A DNA stretch of 64,000 bases from a virus. The notes beneath the pieces are model-generated. The model saw only the letters and a list, made by a program, of their open reading frames with translations, made no database searches and was not told the origin of the DNA. Position numbers and translations under genes: made by a program. Every line of letters starts with the position of its first letter. Position 1 is the stretch's first letter. Of the stretch, positions 9,498 through 19,048 are shown piece by piece. Location of the stretch: positions 1-64,000 of IMG/VR virus record IMGVR_UViG_3300034121_000850. One strand, 5' to 3'.

Positions 9498-10923
9498 GAA
9501 TAAACTATTACGTCAAGAACAAGGGGTTGTTAAGTTTTTCAACTCTAGTAATTTTAAAGCTTCTAAAGATAGACAAGGAGTTTTAAATTATTTTACTGGA
9601 GTTGGAAAAACTTACACCGCTATTCTTATAATAAAAGAGTACCTTAGATTGTATCCTTTAAAAACTGTCGAAATACTTGTACCAAGAGAAGTTTTATATA
9701 TGCAATGGAGTAAGGAAATACAGAATAGAATACCTTATGCAAATATTAAAATTACAACATTAGGAACTTATATTCATAATCCTAATATGACTTCAGAAGT
9801 AGATTTATTAGTTGTTGATGAATTGCATATGTTTTATGATGTTGAAGTTGTTCAACTAATTAACAATACAAGAATTAAATTTACTGATAATTTAGGGTTA
9901 ACAGCCCACTATAAAGATAAAAAAGGTAGACAAAAAAGTATTGAACACATTTTCCCTGTAATTGATATAATTGAGGAGTTTGAAGCTTTAGCCGAAGGTT
10001 TTATTAGTCAGTTTATTGAATATAATCTAAAAATATCTTTTACAGAAGCTGAACAAGAACAATATATTAAGCTTGCCAATGTAATAGATAAATATTCTCC
10101 TAAATTTGGGGAAACTAATCAATATGGTATTGCTCTATTTTGTTATGCAGGAGGTAAAGGTAAAACAGGTATTTATAGAAAAGGATTTGATTGGTGTCAA
10201 ATATGGGGAAAAAGACAAGGTTGGTATAAAGGTTGTTCTGAAGAAGTAGATTTACTATGGAATCCAAGTAGAGTTATGGGTTATGCTAAAATATTTGTAA
10301 ATGCTATTAGTCAAAGAAAAGACTTACTTTATAATGCAGAAAACAAAATATTAATAGCAAAAGAACTTGTATTTAAATTTGATAATTGTAAAACTATTGT
10401 ATTTGGACAAAGTACTAATTTAGCATCTAAATTAAATTTAATGCTTAATGAAAAACAAGCTGGAATATCTGTTGCTTTTCATAGTAATATACAACCTCAA
10501 ATACTTCCTAGTCCTAAAACAGGTAAACTAATTAAATTTGGTGCTAAAAGATTAAAAGATGCTGCTTTAGAAGGTATTAAAAATGGAACTGTAAGAGTAA
10601 TTTGTACTGCATCTGCTTTAGATGTTGGTTTTGATGTTGAAGATATTAATCTTGGTATTATAACTTCTAATACTTCAAGTACAACACAAAGACAACAAAG
10701 AGGTGGTAGAGTTAAAAGGGTTAATACTAAAAGTATGTTTCCCGATAAAGAAATTGTTCTTATAGTTAATATGTATGTTGAAAATTCACAAGAAGAAAAA
10801 TGGTTAAGAGAATCACAAAAGAAAAACAAAAATGTTAAATATTGGGTTGATAGTATTGATGAAATTAATTATAATCCAACAAATAAAGATGTCTTTGACA
10901 TAACTGAATTTATTGATGATTAA
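9484..10923 (+). CDS. SF2 DExH helicase
   Basis: FTGVGKT, VVDELH, LGLTA, LDVGFDV, QRGGRVKR. Confidence 0.92.
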   Translation: MHVDKNKLLRQEQGVVKFFNSSNFKASKDRQGVLNYFTGVGKTYTAILIIKEYLRLYPLKTVEILVPREVLYMQWSKEIQNRIPYANIKITTLGTYIHNPNMTSEVDLLVVDELHMFYDVEVVQLINNTRIKFTDNLGLTAHYKDKKGRQKSIEHIFPVIDIIEEFEALAEGFISQFIEYNLKISFTEAEQEQYIKLANVIDKYSPKFGETNQYGIALFCYAGGKGKTGIYRKGFDWCQIWGKRQGWYKGCSEEVDLLWNPSRVMGYAKIFVNAISQRKDLLYNAENKILIAKELVFKFDNCKTIVFGQSTNLASKLNLMLNEKQAGISVAFHSNIQPQILPSPKTGKLIKFGAKRLKDAALEGIKNGTVRVICTASALDVGFDVEDINLGIITSNTSSTTQRQQRGGRVKRVNTKSMFPDKEIVLIVNMYVENSQEEKWLRESQKKNKNVKYWVDSIDEINYNPTNKDVFDITEFIDD

Positions 10924-11488
10924 TATTATACAATACGTTTCATTTTTAATGAAGCATCAAATAAGTGCAAGTCAATTTCTACTTATGTATTTACTATATA
11001 AGAAAGAAATAGCTTTAATTCATCAATACATTAAAATTTTTAGGAAGGGGAAAATAGGATTTATGGATAAAATTGATTATGATGATTTAATAGCAAAAGG
11101 GTTTATAAAGGAAGTAGAAGGACAAAAAGGTAAAATAATTTTAACAGATAAATTTAAAAGTATATTCATTGATGTACGTGAAGCAGTTGAAGAAATATAT
11201 GATTTATATCCAGCAATTATTATAAGTGCAAAAGGTGTTAAATACCCTTTAACTTTATATAATAGAGAAGAATTTATAAAACTATATACTAAAATATTAG
11301 AAACAGATATACACGATGAAATAGTAAAAGATTTAGAATATGCTGTTAAAAATGATTTAATTTTTGGTAAAATTGATACATTCTTTACAAGTAAGTTTTA
11401 TTTAGGTATTAGAAAAATTAGAAATGAAGGAAAAAAAGTAACAGAAGTTAAAATAGGACAAGATATAGACCATGAGTTCGGCAACTAA
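10913..11488 (+). CDS. putative replication initiation/helicase-loader protein
   Basis: lies between SF2 helicase and DnaB; wHTH-like N-terminus (LIAKGFIKE); function inferred from position. Confidence 0.5.
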   Translation: MMINIIQYVSFLMKHQISASQFLLMYLLYKKEIALIHQYIKIFRKGKIGFMDKIDYDDLIAKGFIKEVEGQKGKIILTDKFKSIFIDVREAVEEIYDLYPAIIISAKGVKYPLTLYNREEFIKLYTKILETDIHDEIVKDLEYAVKNDLIFGKIDTFFTSKFYLGIRKIRNEGKKVTEVKIGQDIDHEFGN

Positions 11489-12482
11489 AGTATTACCATT
11501 TAAACATATAAGTGAAGTAGCTAAAGAAGCTATAATCGCTTTAAACGAAGAAAGACACGGAGAACAATTAGGACTTTATACAAGATTTCCTAAATTTAAT
11601 GTTGCTATGAATAAGTATTCAAGATTTTCTCACGTTACTCTAATTGCTGCTGCATCAGGTGCAGGTAAATCTTATTTTATTAATATTTTAGAAGAAGATT
11701 TTACAGATAGTAAAGGAGTTAATAAAGATTTTAAAGGTAAAGTTATGTTAATAGCTTTTAAATTTGAAATGGAAGGTAAAGATGAACTTATTCGTGCTGC
11801 TTCTCGTGATATGGGTGTTTCTTATAATTATTTACTAAGTTCTGAATATATAGGCAATTCTAAATATAATCAATTATCTGATTTAGAATTAGCTGATGCT
11901 ATTAAGTATTTTAAGCAAATAGAAGATAAGAAAATATACTATATAGAATCTATTGGTGATTGTATGCAAATACTACATACTGTTCAGAAACTATGTAATG
12001 AAAATCCTGGATATAGACCTATTGTTACTATTGACCATTCTTTACTAACTAAAAAAAGTACTGAAAAATCTGATATGGAATTGATTTCTAATATTGCTAT
12101 TACTGCTATTGTTTTGAGAAAAACCTTTAAAGCAATGGTTTATATATTAGGTCAATTAAATAGTAATATTGAGTCTGTTGAAAGACGTATTAAAAAAGAA
12201 TTACATTATCCTATTAAAACCGATATTTATGCTCAAGCACAACTATATTGGGCTTGTGATAATGTTTTTATTCTTAATAGACCTGAACTATTAGGTATTG
12301 AAGAGTATGGTAAGTTAAAATTACCTACTGCAAACTTAGTACACATGAGTTGTATAAAATCAAGAAAAGGTCGTTTAGGTAATATCTTTTTGATGGAACA
12401 ACTAAATAAATCTACCTTTTCAGAAATTACAGTTGATTATTTATTAGAAAAAAAGAAAAAAAATGAAGAAAATATTTTGTAG
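11472..12482 (+). CDS. dnaB: DnaB-like replicative helicase (ATPase domain only)
   Basis: AAASGAGKS, FEM, TIDHSLL, LGQLN, ACDNVF, IKSRKG. Confidence 0.9.
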   Translation: MSSATKVLPFKHISEVAKEAIIALNEERHGEQLGLYTRFPKFNVAMNKYSRFSHVTLIAAASGAGKSYFINILEEDFTDSKGVNKDFKGKVMLIAFKFEMEGKDELIRAASRDMGVSYNYLLSSEYIGNSKYNQLSDLELADAIKYFKQIEDKKIYYIESIGDCMQILHTVQKLCNENPGYRPIVTIDHSLLTKKSTEKSDMELISNIAITAIVLRKTFKAMVYILGQLNSNIESVERRIKKELHYPIKTDIYAQAQLYWACDNVFILNRPELLGIEEYGKLKLPTANLVHMSCIKSRKGRLGNIFLMEQLNKSTFSEITVDYLLEKKKKNEENIL

Positions 12483-12505
12483 TTACGAAATTAGTGTTAC
12501 ATTTG
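12476..12505 (+). promoter_or_regulatory. Bacteroidota sigma-A-type promoter (-33/-7)
   Basis: TTTG-N18-TACATTTG matches TTTG...TAnnTTTG, upstream of the RecT-like gene. Confidence 0.55.
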
Positions 12506-12559
12506 CATACGATTTACAATTAGCACCGTCCAATTTTATAAAGTTTTAGAGTTAAAGCA

Positions 12560-13285
12560 ATGAAAGATTTAGAAAAACAAGTTTTAGATATTACACCTGC
12601 TAATGTATTTAATAGTAATAACCTTGAAGTATTACTAAATTTTAGTGCAACTATTGTTAAAAGTAATCTTACTCCACATAAGACCTCTGAATCTGCTTTA
12701 GCAGCTATTCTTCAAGGTATGGAAATAGGATTACCTGCTATGGCTGCATTAAATAATATTCATCTTATTCAAGGGAGAGCTACTTTAGGTGTTAATGTAT
12801 ATACTGCTATTTTATTAAAAAATGGTATTATATTCGATATACTTAAAGACTGTCAACCTATATTTCAATATGTTAGAAGAAAATCTGATGGAAAAGATTA
12901 TTCTCCTGTTATTGTATATAGAGAAGATGAATTACCTGATGCTAGTGCGCTTGGTTCAGATAAACTAATCAAAGGTGTTAAACCTGTTGATTATGTTACT
13001 GAAATTAAATTTAGTAGAGTTGTAAAAGGAAGAGAATTTACAATTACTAATAAATTTAGTTATTTAGATGCACTAACGCAAGAACTTACTGATAAAGATA
13101 ATTGGAAACGTATGCTTAAAACTATGCTACGTACTCGTTGTCTTACTACGGGAGCAAGGTTAATTGCACCTGATTTATTTATGGGATTATATGAAACAAC
13201 TGAAATTTTAGATACTAACCAAAAAAACAATAACTATGCGGTAACAGAAGATGGAGTAGTCGAAGATATTACCAATAATGGATAA
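12560..13285 (+). CDS. RecT/Red-beta-like single-strand annealing protein
   Basis: GMEIGL..MAALNNIHLIQGRATL, DNWKR...ML..RC, AR..APD..MGLY..TEI. Confidence 0.8.
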   Translation: MKDLEKQVLDITPANVFNSNNLEVLLNFSATIVKSNLTPHKTSESALAAILQGMEIGLPAMAALNNIHLIQGRATLGVNVYTAILLKNGIIFDILKDCQPIFQYVRRKSDGKDYSPVIVYREDELPDASALGSDKLIKGVKPVDYVTEIKFSRVVKGREFTITNKFSYLDALTQELTDKDNWKRMLKTMLRTRCLTTGARLIAPDLFMGLYETTEILDTNQKNNNYAVTEDGVVEDITNNG

Positions 13286-13364
13286 CATTATTAAAATGAC
13301 CTTTAAAAACAATTAAACAAAAACAATCAAACAATTAACAAAAACAATTTAAAACAACAACAAA

Positions 13365-13832
13365 ATGAAAATTATCCGTAAAACAACAGGTACACGTGAA
13401 AAAGCAGGAGTTCCAGCAGGTATAATGGTTACTTGCACTAAAGGCATTCTTCGTCTAACTACTGCATTGATTGATGCTCTAAGTCTAACTACCGCTAGTA
13501 AACTAGTAATGGTATTAGGAGAAGAAGAAGATGATAATGGTGAAGCAGTTAAGGCAATTTATATGTCTGTTGAACCTAAAGGTTCAGAAGAAGGTGCTAC
13601 TCTTGGTGCAGTAGGTTCTTTGCTTCAATTCTCTGATTCTGCAACATATCAGCATTTGGAAGGAAACGAGAAAGTAAATCGTTTGTTTACAGTTGATGTT
13701 GAAGCAGGTGAAGAAGTTGAAGGAACTACATACTATAAATTAGTATTTGCTTCTGAAACTGCTAAATCTCCACGTAAATCTTCTGCTGAAGGTGGTGATG
13801 AAGAAGATGATGAAGAAGGAAGCGAAGATTAA
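13365..13832 (+). CDS. putative ssDNA-binding protein
   Basis: beta-rich core with very acidic tail (DEEDDEEGSED), next to the recombinase. Confidence 0.55.
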   Translation: MKIIRKTTGTREKAGVPAGIMVTCTKGILRLTTALIDALSLTTASKLVMVLGEEEDDNGEAVKAIYMSVEPKGSEEGATLGAVGSLLQFSDSATYQHLEGNEKVNRLFTVDVEAGEEVEGTTYYKLVFASETAKSPRKSSAEGGDEEDDEEGSED

Positions 13833-13851
13833 TATTAATTAATCTTTGTTT

Positions 13852-13889
13852 AAAAGAGGGGTAGTGTTAAAACTACTCCTCTTTTTTTT
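13852..13889 (+). terminator. intrinsic terminator
   Basis: GAGGGGTAG-TGTTAAAA-CTACTCCTC-T8. Confidence 0.85.
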
Positions 13890-13935
13890 AGTTAAATAAA
13901 TCGAGAAAAACAATTAACAATTAAAAATTATTATT

Positions 13936-14715
13936 ATGGCTGATAAAAAGAAAAATGTAGCAGATGAAGAAGTAAAAGTTCCTATTGTAACAGGAGAATT
14001 TCAAGAACCTATTGTAGAAGAAGCATTTGAAGATGGCTTTGAAGCAGGTGATTTTGAGATTGGTGAAGAAGTAAGTGGTACAAGATTTGGTAGTTTCCAT
14101 CCACCTATTAAAGATACTAATGGTCAATATGACTTTCCAAAAGCTTATCTTGTAGATGTTTCAGTTAAAGAAGTTGAAATTAAAAAAGGTGATAAAATTG
14201 GTCAAAAAGCTAATATTTTAAATTTCACTTTTGCAGACGCTCCTACACTTGAAAAAGCTAAAGTAAGATTTGTACATTCTGAATGGCAAATTGATAATGT
14301 TAAATCAGAAGATGGTGCAAAAATGTTTGACGGTATGAAAAACAGAATTAAACATCTTTTTGAAACATTCCTACCTAATAGTCAAGTAGTATTGGGAACA
14401 GGTGCAAGAAGTTTTGTAGGTTGGTTTAATATTATTGAAAACCAATTTAAAACAAGTAAAGCAAATAATACTCCTATTTATAGTAATATTCCTGTTTATG
14501 TATTTGTTACTTTTCAGAAAAAAGGTGGTAATGTTCAATTTCCATTATTTCCAAACTTTATTGAACTTGCAGTTGCAGGTAAGAAACCAATTACCTTTAC
14601 TGTTAATACTAAATACCATCAAATTACACCTAAAGCAAGTGCAGGTGCAGCTAATATGGCATTAGATATTAGTCCAAGTGATTTTCCTGAAATGGGTAAT
14701 GAGTTCCCAAGTTAA
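13936..14715 (+). CDS. putative SSB/replication protein (crAss type)
   Basis: OB-fold-like beta-rich core, acidic termini ending EFPS, directly upstream of primase. Confidence 0.5.
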   Translation: MADKKKNVADEEVKVPIVTGEFQEPIVEEAFEDGFEAGDFEIGEEVSGTRFGSFHPPIKDTNGQYDFPKAYLVDVSVKEVEIKKGDKIGQKANILNFTFADAPTLEKAKVRFVHSEWQIDNVKSEDGAKMFDGMKNRIKHLFETFLPNSQVVLGTGARSFVGWFNIIENQFKTSKANNTPIYSNIPVYVFVTFQKKGGNVQFPLFPNFIELAVAGKKPITFTVNTKYHQITPKASAGAANMALDISPSDFPEMGNEFPS

Positions 14716-14736
14716 GTAAAGTTACTGTTACTGTTT

Positions 14737-14783
14737 AAAGAGAAGTTGCAATCAAAAAAAGATTTGCAGCTTCTCTTTTTTTT
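14737..14783 (+). terminator. intrinsic terminator
   Basis: AAAGAGAAGTTGCAATC...GATTTGCAGCTTCTCTTT plus T-run. Confidence 0.8.
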
Positions 14784-14794
14784 GTTTATATTCG
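14763..14794 (+). promoter_or_regulatory. possible Bacteroidota promoter for the primase operon
   Basis: TTTG-N20-TATATTCG (one mismatch to TAnnTTTG). Confidence 0.4.
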
Positions 14795-14823
14795 TAAATT
14801 ATATTTATATTATTATCTAATTA

Positions 14824-15885
14824 ATGAGTTTCGATATACACCCAAAAATAACCAAACAGTATATATTAGCAAGACTTACACAAGAAGATATTTTCAATTT
14901 TTACTTATCAAATTTTAATGTAGTAGTTCAAACAAAAAGTTTATTTAGTTCTCCATTTAGAAGAGATAAAGACCCAAGTTGTGGTTTTAAGTATCGCGGT
15001 GATGGTAAACTAATTATGAAAGATTTTGGTGGTGATTTTCATGGTGATTGTTTTGATGTTGTTAAATATATATTTAGATATAATAATTTTTATGATATAT
15101 TAGATACAATAGCCAGAGATTTTTGTATTCATAAATATGAAAATAATAAACCAAAAGATTTTAACATAAATACTCAAAAACTTATAGTTGAGAGTATTAA
15201 CAAAGTTACTGAAAAAACTGATATTAAAATTAAAGTTAGAAAATGGTTAAAAGTTGATGAAGCTTATTGGAAAAAGTTTAATATTACTATTGAGTTATTA
15301 AATTACTATAATGTTTATCCTATACAATTCTTTTGGGTTAATGGAGATTTAAAATATGAATTTGAAGCTGATGATTTAGCATACGCTTATTATTTTGGTA
15401 AAAATAGCGATAATAATGAGAAATTTAAAATTTATTTACCTCTTAGAAAAAAGTTTAGATTTAGACAAAACTGTTCTGTACTACAAGGACTGAATCAATT
15501 AAAAAAAGCAGAATACGGTGTAATAACTAAATCTTTAAAAGATGTTATAAGCCTACGTTCTTTTGGTATTCAAGCTGTTGCTCCTAATTCAGAGAATACT
15601 AAATTGCAGTTAGATGATATACTAACTATAAGAAAAAGCATATTCAAACCTTATTCATTTTATGATAATGATTTAACAGGTATTAGAAATGCAAAAGAAA
15701 TACGTGATACTTATACAATTCCTATAATTATGTATCATAAAAGAACAGTAGCAGAAGAATTTTATCATCCTAAGATTAAAGACTTTTGTAATATTGTTGA
15801 ATATTTAGGAAAAGAAAAAACTAAAAATTTAATTAAACAAATTCAAACAAACATTGAAAATGAAAAACTTAATAGCCCTTTCTGA
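14824..15885 (+). CDS. DnaG-like primase (crAss type)
   Basis: SPFRRDKDPSC, KDFGG..GDCF, TOPRIM ITKSLKDV and YDNDLTG. Confidence 0.88.
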   Translation: MSFDIHPKITKQYILARLTQEDIFNFYLSNFNVVVQTKSLFSSPFRRDKDPSCGFKYRGDGKLIMKDFGGDFHGDCFDVVKYIFRYNNFYDILDTIARDFCIHKYENNKPKDFNINTQKLIVESINKVTEKTDIKIKVRKWLKVDEAYWKKFNITIELLNYYNVYPIQFFWVNGDLKYEFEADDLAYAYYFGKNSDNNEKFKIYLPLRKKFRFRQNCSVLQGLNQLKKAEYGVITKSLKDVISLRSFGIQAVAPNSENTKLQLDDILTIRKSIFKPYSFYDNDLTGIRNAKEIRDTYTIPIIMYHKRTVAEEFYHPKIKDFCNIVEYLGKEKTKNLIKQIQTNIENEKLNSPF

Positions 15886-16246
15886 TAATGCTCTTTTTAT
15901 TGGTTTTGCTTCTGAAACTTCTTTAAAAGAATCTAAAGCAAAAGTTGAAAAGTTTATGGAAGAAAAATATCCTTTATATACAATATTTGCAGAAGGTAAA
16001 ATAGAAGATACACCTAATGGAATTATAAAACGTGTATTAGATATACCTGATAATGTTGAATCTAAATGGGTAGATTCAGGAAAATGGAAAAATAGAAAAA
16101 CTAATCAAATAGTTAATATTAAACCTAATGACCCTTTTGAATGGATTACATTGAAAAAAGAAGATTTTAACTTCGCATTTAATACATTTAAAGGTTTAAT
16201 TGGAGAAGATTACAAGTTTGGTACAATTTACACATTATGGAAATAA
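15854..16246 (+). CDS. hypothetical protein
   Basis: ORF overlapping both neighbours. Confidence 0.7.
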   Translation: MKMKNLIALSDNALFIGFASETSLKESKAKVEKFMEEKYPLYTIFAEGKIEDTPNGIIKRVLDIPDNVESKWVDSGKWKNRKTNQIVNIKPNDPFEWITLKKEDFNFAFNTFKGLIGEDYKFGTIYTLWK

Positions 16247-17142
16247 TAACCGTAACAATACCTAATTATATTAGGGAAATTCAATTAAGCCGTTCTCAAC
16301 GTGCTATATACTTTGAATGGGATAGTTTTAAGGACAATATTAAGGCTAAAAATAAACCATTATTACAGAAGTATATTAAAGACAAAAATCAAGCTATTAT
16401 GGAAAATCGTGTATCAGTAAGTAACCTTGAAAAAGGTTATTTTATTGGTATATATGTTAAAACATTATTAGTAGGTTCTGTTGTTATATCAGGAGGTAAA
16501 CCAATAGATTCTTTATATAATGGAAAAACTTATAATAGAAAAGATTTTAAATACTATCTAACAGAATCAGATAGCAAAACTATTATATTAGCAAACCCTA
16601 ATCAAGTCGGGCAACCTAATATTAGACCTATTAAAGGACAAGATATTTATACAGGTGGTGAACATATAAGAGCTGCTGTAATAGATAATATTAAAACTTC
16701 TTTAATGTCATACGTTAGGGGTATCCCTGTAATTACAGAATTTCCGATTATGATTGATATGGAAATACATGATACTGTTAAAGCTTGGACTGATAATAGT
16801 CAAGATGTTGTTGGTGGTAATTGGGATGTTGATAATAGAGGTTATCCTTATGCAAAAGCTTTTCCTGATTTATTAGTTAAATTAGGTAAAATACCTGATG
16901 ATGATAGACTTAGAATTACTAAACCTCCTGGCGCTATATTTGTTCCTATTAAAGAAGATGAAACACGTAAATTAGTATTTAGAATTTACACTGATACAAG
17001 AATTTGTATCCAAGAAAATCCTTTTTATAATGGAACTATTATACGTGAAAATGTTAGAAAAGAAAATCAGTCTATTAAAAAGAAAACTAAACATCCTGAT
17101 TATAAACCTAAAGAATTAAGAACAATTAAATTTAAAAAATGA
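16237..17142 (+). CDS. protein with C-terminal RusA-like Holliday junction resolvase domain
   Basis: DVDN....AKAFPDLL...GKIPDDD matches the RusA DxDN..K...D...DD pattern. Confidence 0.7.
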   Translation: MEIITVTIPNYIREIQLSRSQRAIYFEWDSFKDNIKAKNKPLLQKYIKDKNQAIMENRVSVSNLEKGYFIGIYVKTLLVGSVVISGGKPIDSLYNGKTYNRKDFKYYLTESDSKTIILANPNQVGQPNIRPIKGQDIYTGGEHIRAAVIDNIKTSLMSYVRGIPVITEFPIMIDMEIHDTVKAWTDNSQDVVGGNWDVDNRGYPYAKAFPDLLVKLGKIPDDDRLRITKPPGAIFVPIKEDETRKLVFRIYTDTRICIQENPFYNGTIIRENVRKENQSIKKKTKHPDYKPKELRTIKFKK

Positions 17143-17807
17143 CATATTATGATTTTTTTAACAGAGATATTTTAATATATGATTTTGAAACTAATGGTTT
17201 ATTAGATTGTAAAGATTTACAACCAATAGAAATAGCTATTATTAAAATATCTAAAGATGGAACAGTTACTGAATATAATGAATACGTAAAAGCTAAATCT
17301 GCTATTTCAGATAAAATTACCAGTATAACAGGTATAACAAACATAGACTTAGAATCTAAAGGTATTACATTATTTACAGCAGCTAAAGATTTATCTAAAA
17401 TATTTACAGAAGATTGTTTAATTATAGGACATTGTATTATTAAATTTGATAACATAATTTTAAAAGAATTACTTAAACCATTTCCTCTTAAATTAACAAG
17501 AGGACAAGTATTTGATACAGGAGGTGAATTTAAAGCTACAAAATTAGGTTGGAATGGTTTTCAAGGTGCTTCTTATTTTACTTATCATTCTAAAGCTCTT
17601 GAAACACAAAGAAAAGGATTGTTTTTTAATTTAAAAGAAGCTTGTAGATATTATGAAATAGGGGAAAACACTGAATTACCTTTTCATAGGGCTATTGCAG
17701 ACGTTCATTATACATTGCAAGTGTTTATTGAACAATTTAAACTATTACAAAAAGAAAAAAATATACCTGATATTAACCACATTTTAAATCAATCATGGAA
17801 GAAGTAG
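17139..17807 (+). CDS. DEDDh 3'-5' exonuclease (DnaQ-like)
   Basis: YDFETNG, IEIA, ITGIT, GHCIIKFD, HRAIADV. Confidence 0.92.
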   Translation: MTYYDFFNRDILIYDFETNGLLDCKDLQPIEIAIIKISKDGTVTEYNEYVKAKSAISDKITSITGITNIDLESKGITLFTAAKDLSKIFTEDCLIIGHCIIKFDNIILKELLKPFPLKLTRGQVFDTGGEFKATKLGWNGFQGASYFTYHSKALETQRKGLFFNLKEACRYYEIGENTELPFHRAIADVHYTLQVFIEQFKLLQKEKNIPDINHILNQSWKK

Positions 17808-19024
17808 TAAGTACACAACACGCATATAAAACAGAAACTTTATATGCTATTGACAAAAAAGGTGCAATAAGGTCATATTCAGCTATTGTTACAAAAGTTG
17901 GAAGTATTGCAAGAGTAACATCTTTTACGGGAGTATTAGGTTCTACTAAACAAAGAGTTAAATCTGACCTTATTAAAGTAGGTAAGAATGCTGGAAAATC
18001 TAATGCAACAACACCATTAGAACAAGCTATTTCTGAAACTAAAAGTGATTTTACTAAAAAACTTAAAGAAGGGTATAAGACTTTTAAATGGTTACAAACA
18101 TCTTATGAAACATTAGTTGGTTCTAAAATGATAGAAAACTTTGCAGAAACTAATGCAACTGTTGATGGACTTTTTAAATCATTAAGTATTACACATAATA
18201 CAGACCATAATAATCGTATTAAGCCTATGTTAGCTGAAAAGTTTGATAGTGTTAAGAACAGAAATTTTCCATATTATATTCAACCTAAATTTAATGGAGT
18301 AAGATGTTTATCACATAAAGAAGATGATAATATTGTACTAATCAGTAGAGAAGGTGAAGAATATCATTTAGAACATATTAAAAGAGAGTTAAAAAAGTTA
18401 TTTTTAATGTTTCCAACTTATGTTTTTGATGGAGAACTTTATTCACATGATGTAAAACTGCAAGATATAGCAAGTCTTGTTAAATCACCTTCTGATAGAA
18501 GTATTCAAATTTGTTATTATATTTATGATATTGCTATACCTAATAGTAAACAATGGTCAAGATTTTCTATATTAGAAGATTTAAAACAAATTGAAGATTT
18601 TAAATATATAAAATTTGCAAACACTTATATTGTATCTAATTTACAAGAAATTAGTGATTACGATTTTATTAATATTAAAGATGGTTTTGAAGGTAGTATT
18701 GTAAGAGAATATCAAGGATTATATGAATTTAGTTTTAGGTCAAGTAATTTACTTAAAGTAAAAACAACACAATCCGAGGATTTTACTATTACAGGGGTAA
18801 ATAAAAAAGATAATAGTAATGATGAGGATTTTGTATGGGTATGTAAAACTAATAGAAATAAGAGTTTTGAAGTACGTCCTCATGGTACAATAGCTGAAAG
18901 ATTATTTTGGTTTAAAAATAGTCATTTATATATTGGAAAAAAGTTACAATTAGAATTTTTTGAATACACCAAAGATTTAATACCATTTCATATTACAAGC
19001 GTTGTAATTAGAAATTATGAATAA
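17795..19024 (+). CDS. ATP-dependent DNA ligase
   Basis: PMLAEK, QPKFNGVRC (motif I), FDGELY, YDI, FEGSIVR, LLKVK. Confidence 0.93.
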   Translation: MEEVVSTQHAYKTETLYAIDKKGAIRSYSAIVTKVGSIARVTSFTGVLGSTKQRVKSDLIKVGKNAGKSNATTPLEQAISETKSDFTKKLKEGYKTFKWLQTSYETLVGSKMIENFAETNATVDGLFKSLSITHNTDHNNRIKPMLAEKFDSVKNRNFPYYIQPKFNGVRCLSHKEDDNIVLISREGEEYHLEHIKRELKKLFLMFPTYVFDGELYSHDVKLQDIASLVKSPSDRSIQICYYIYDIAIPNSKQWSRFSILEDLKQIEDFKYIKFANTYIVSNLQEISDYDFINIKDGFEGSIVREYQGLYEFSFRSSNLLKVKTTQSEDFTITGVNKKDNSNDEDFVWVCKTNRNKSFEVRPHGTIAERLFWFKNSHLYIGKKLQLEFFEYTKDLIPFHITSVVIRNYE

Positions 19025-19048
19025 TAAATTAACTAAACTTAAACAAAC

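Noticed and set aside
2791-17455. Short opposite-strand or alternate-frame ORFs (2791, 5164, 10497, 13921, 14435, 17147)
   Set aside because: Nested in or largely overlapping well-supported genes, with non-protein-like composition
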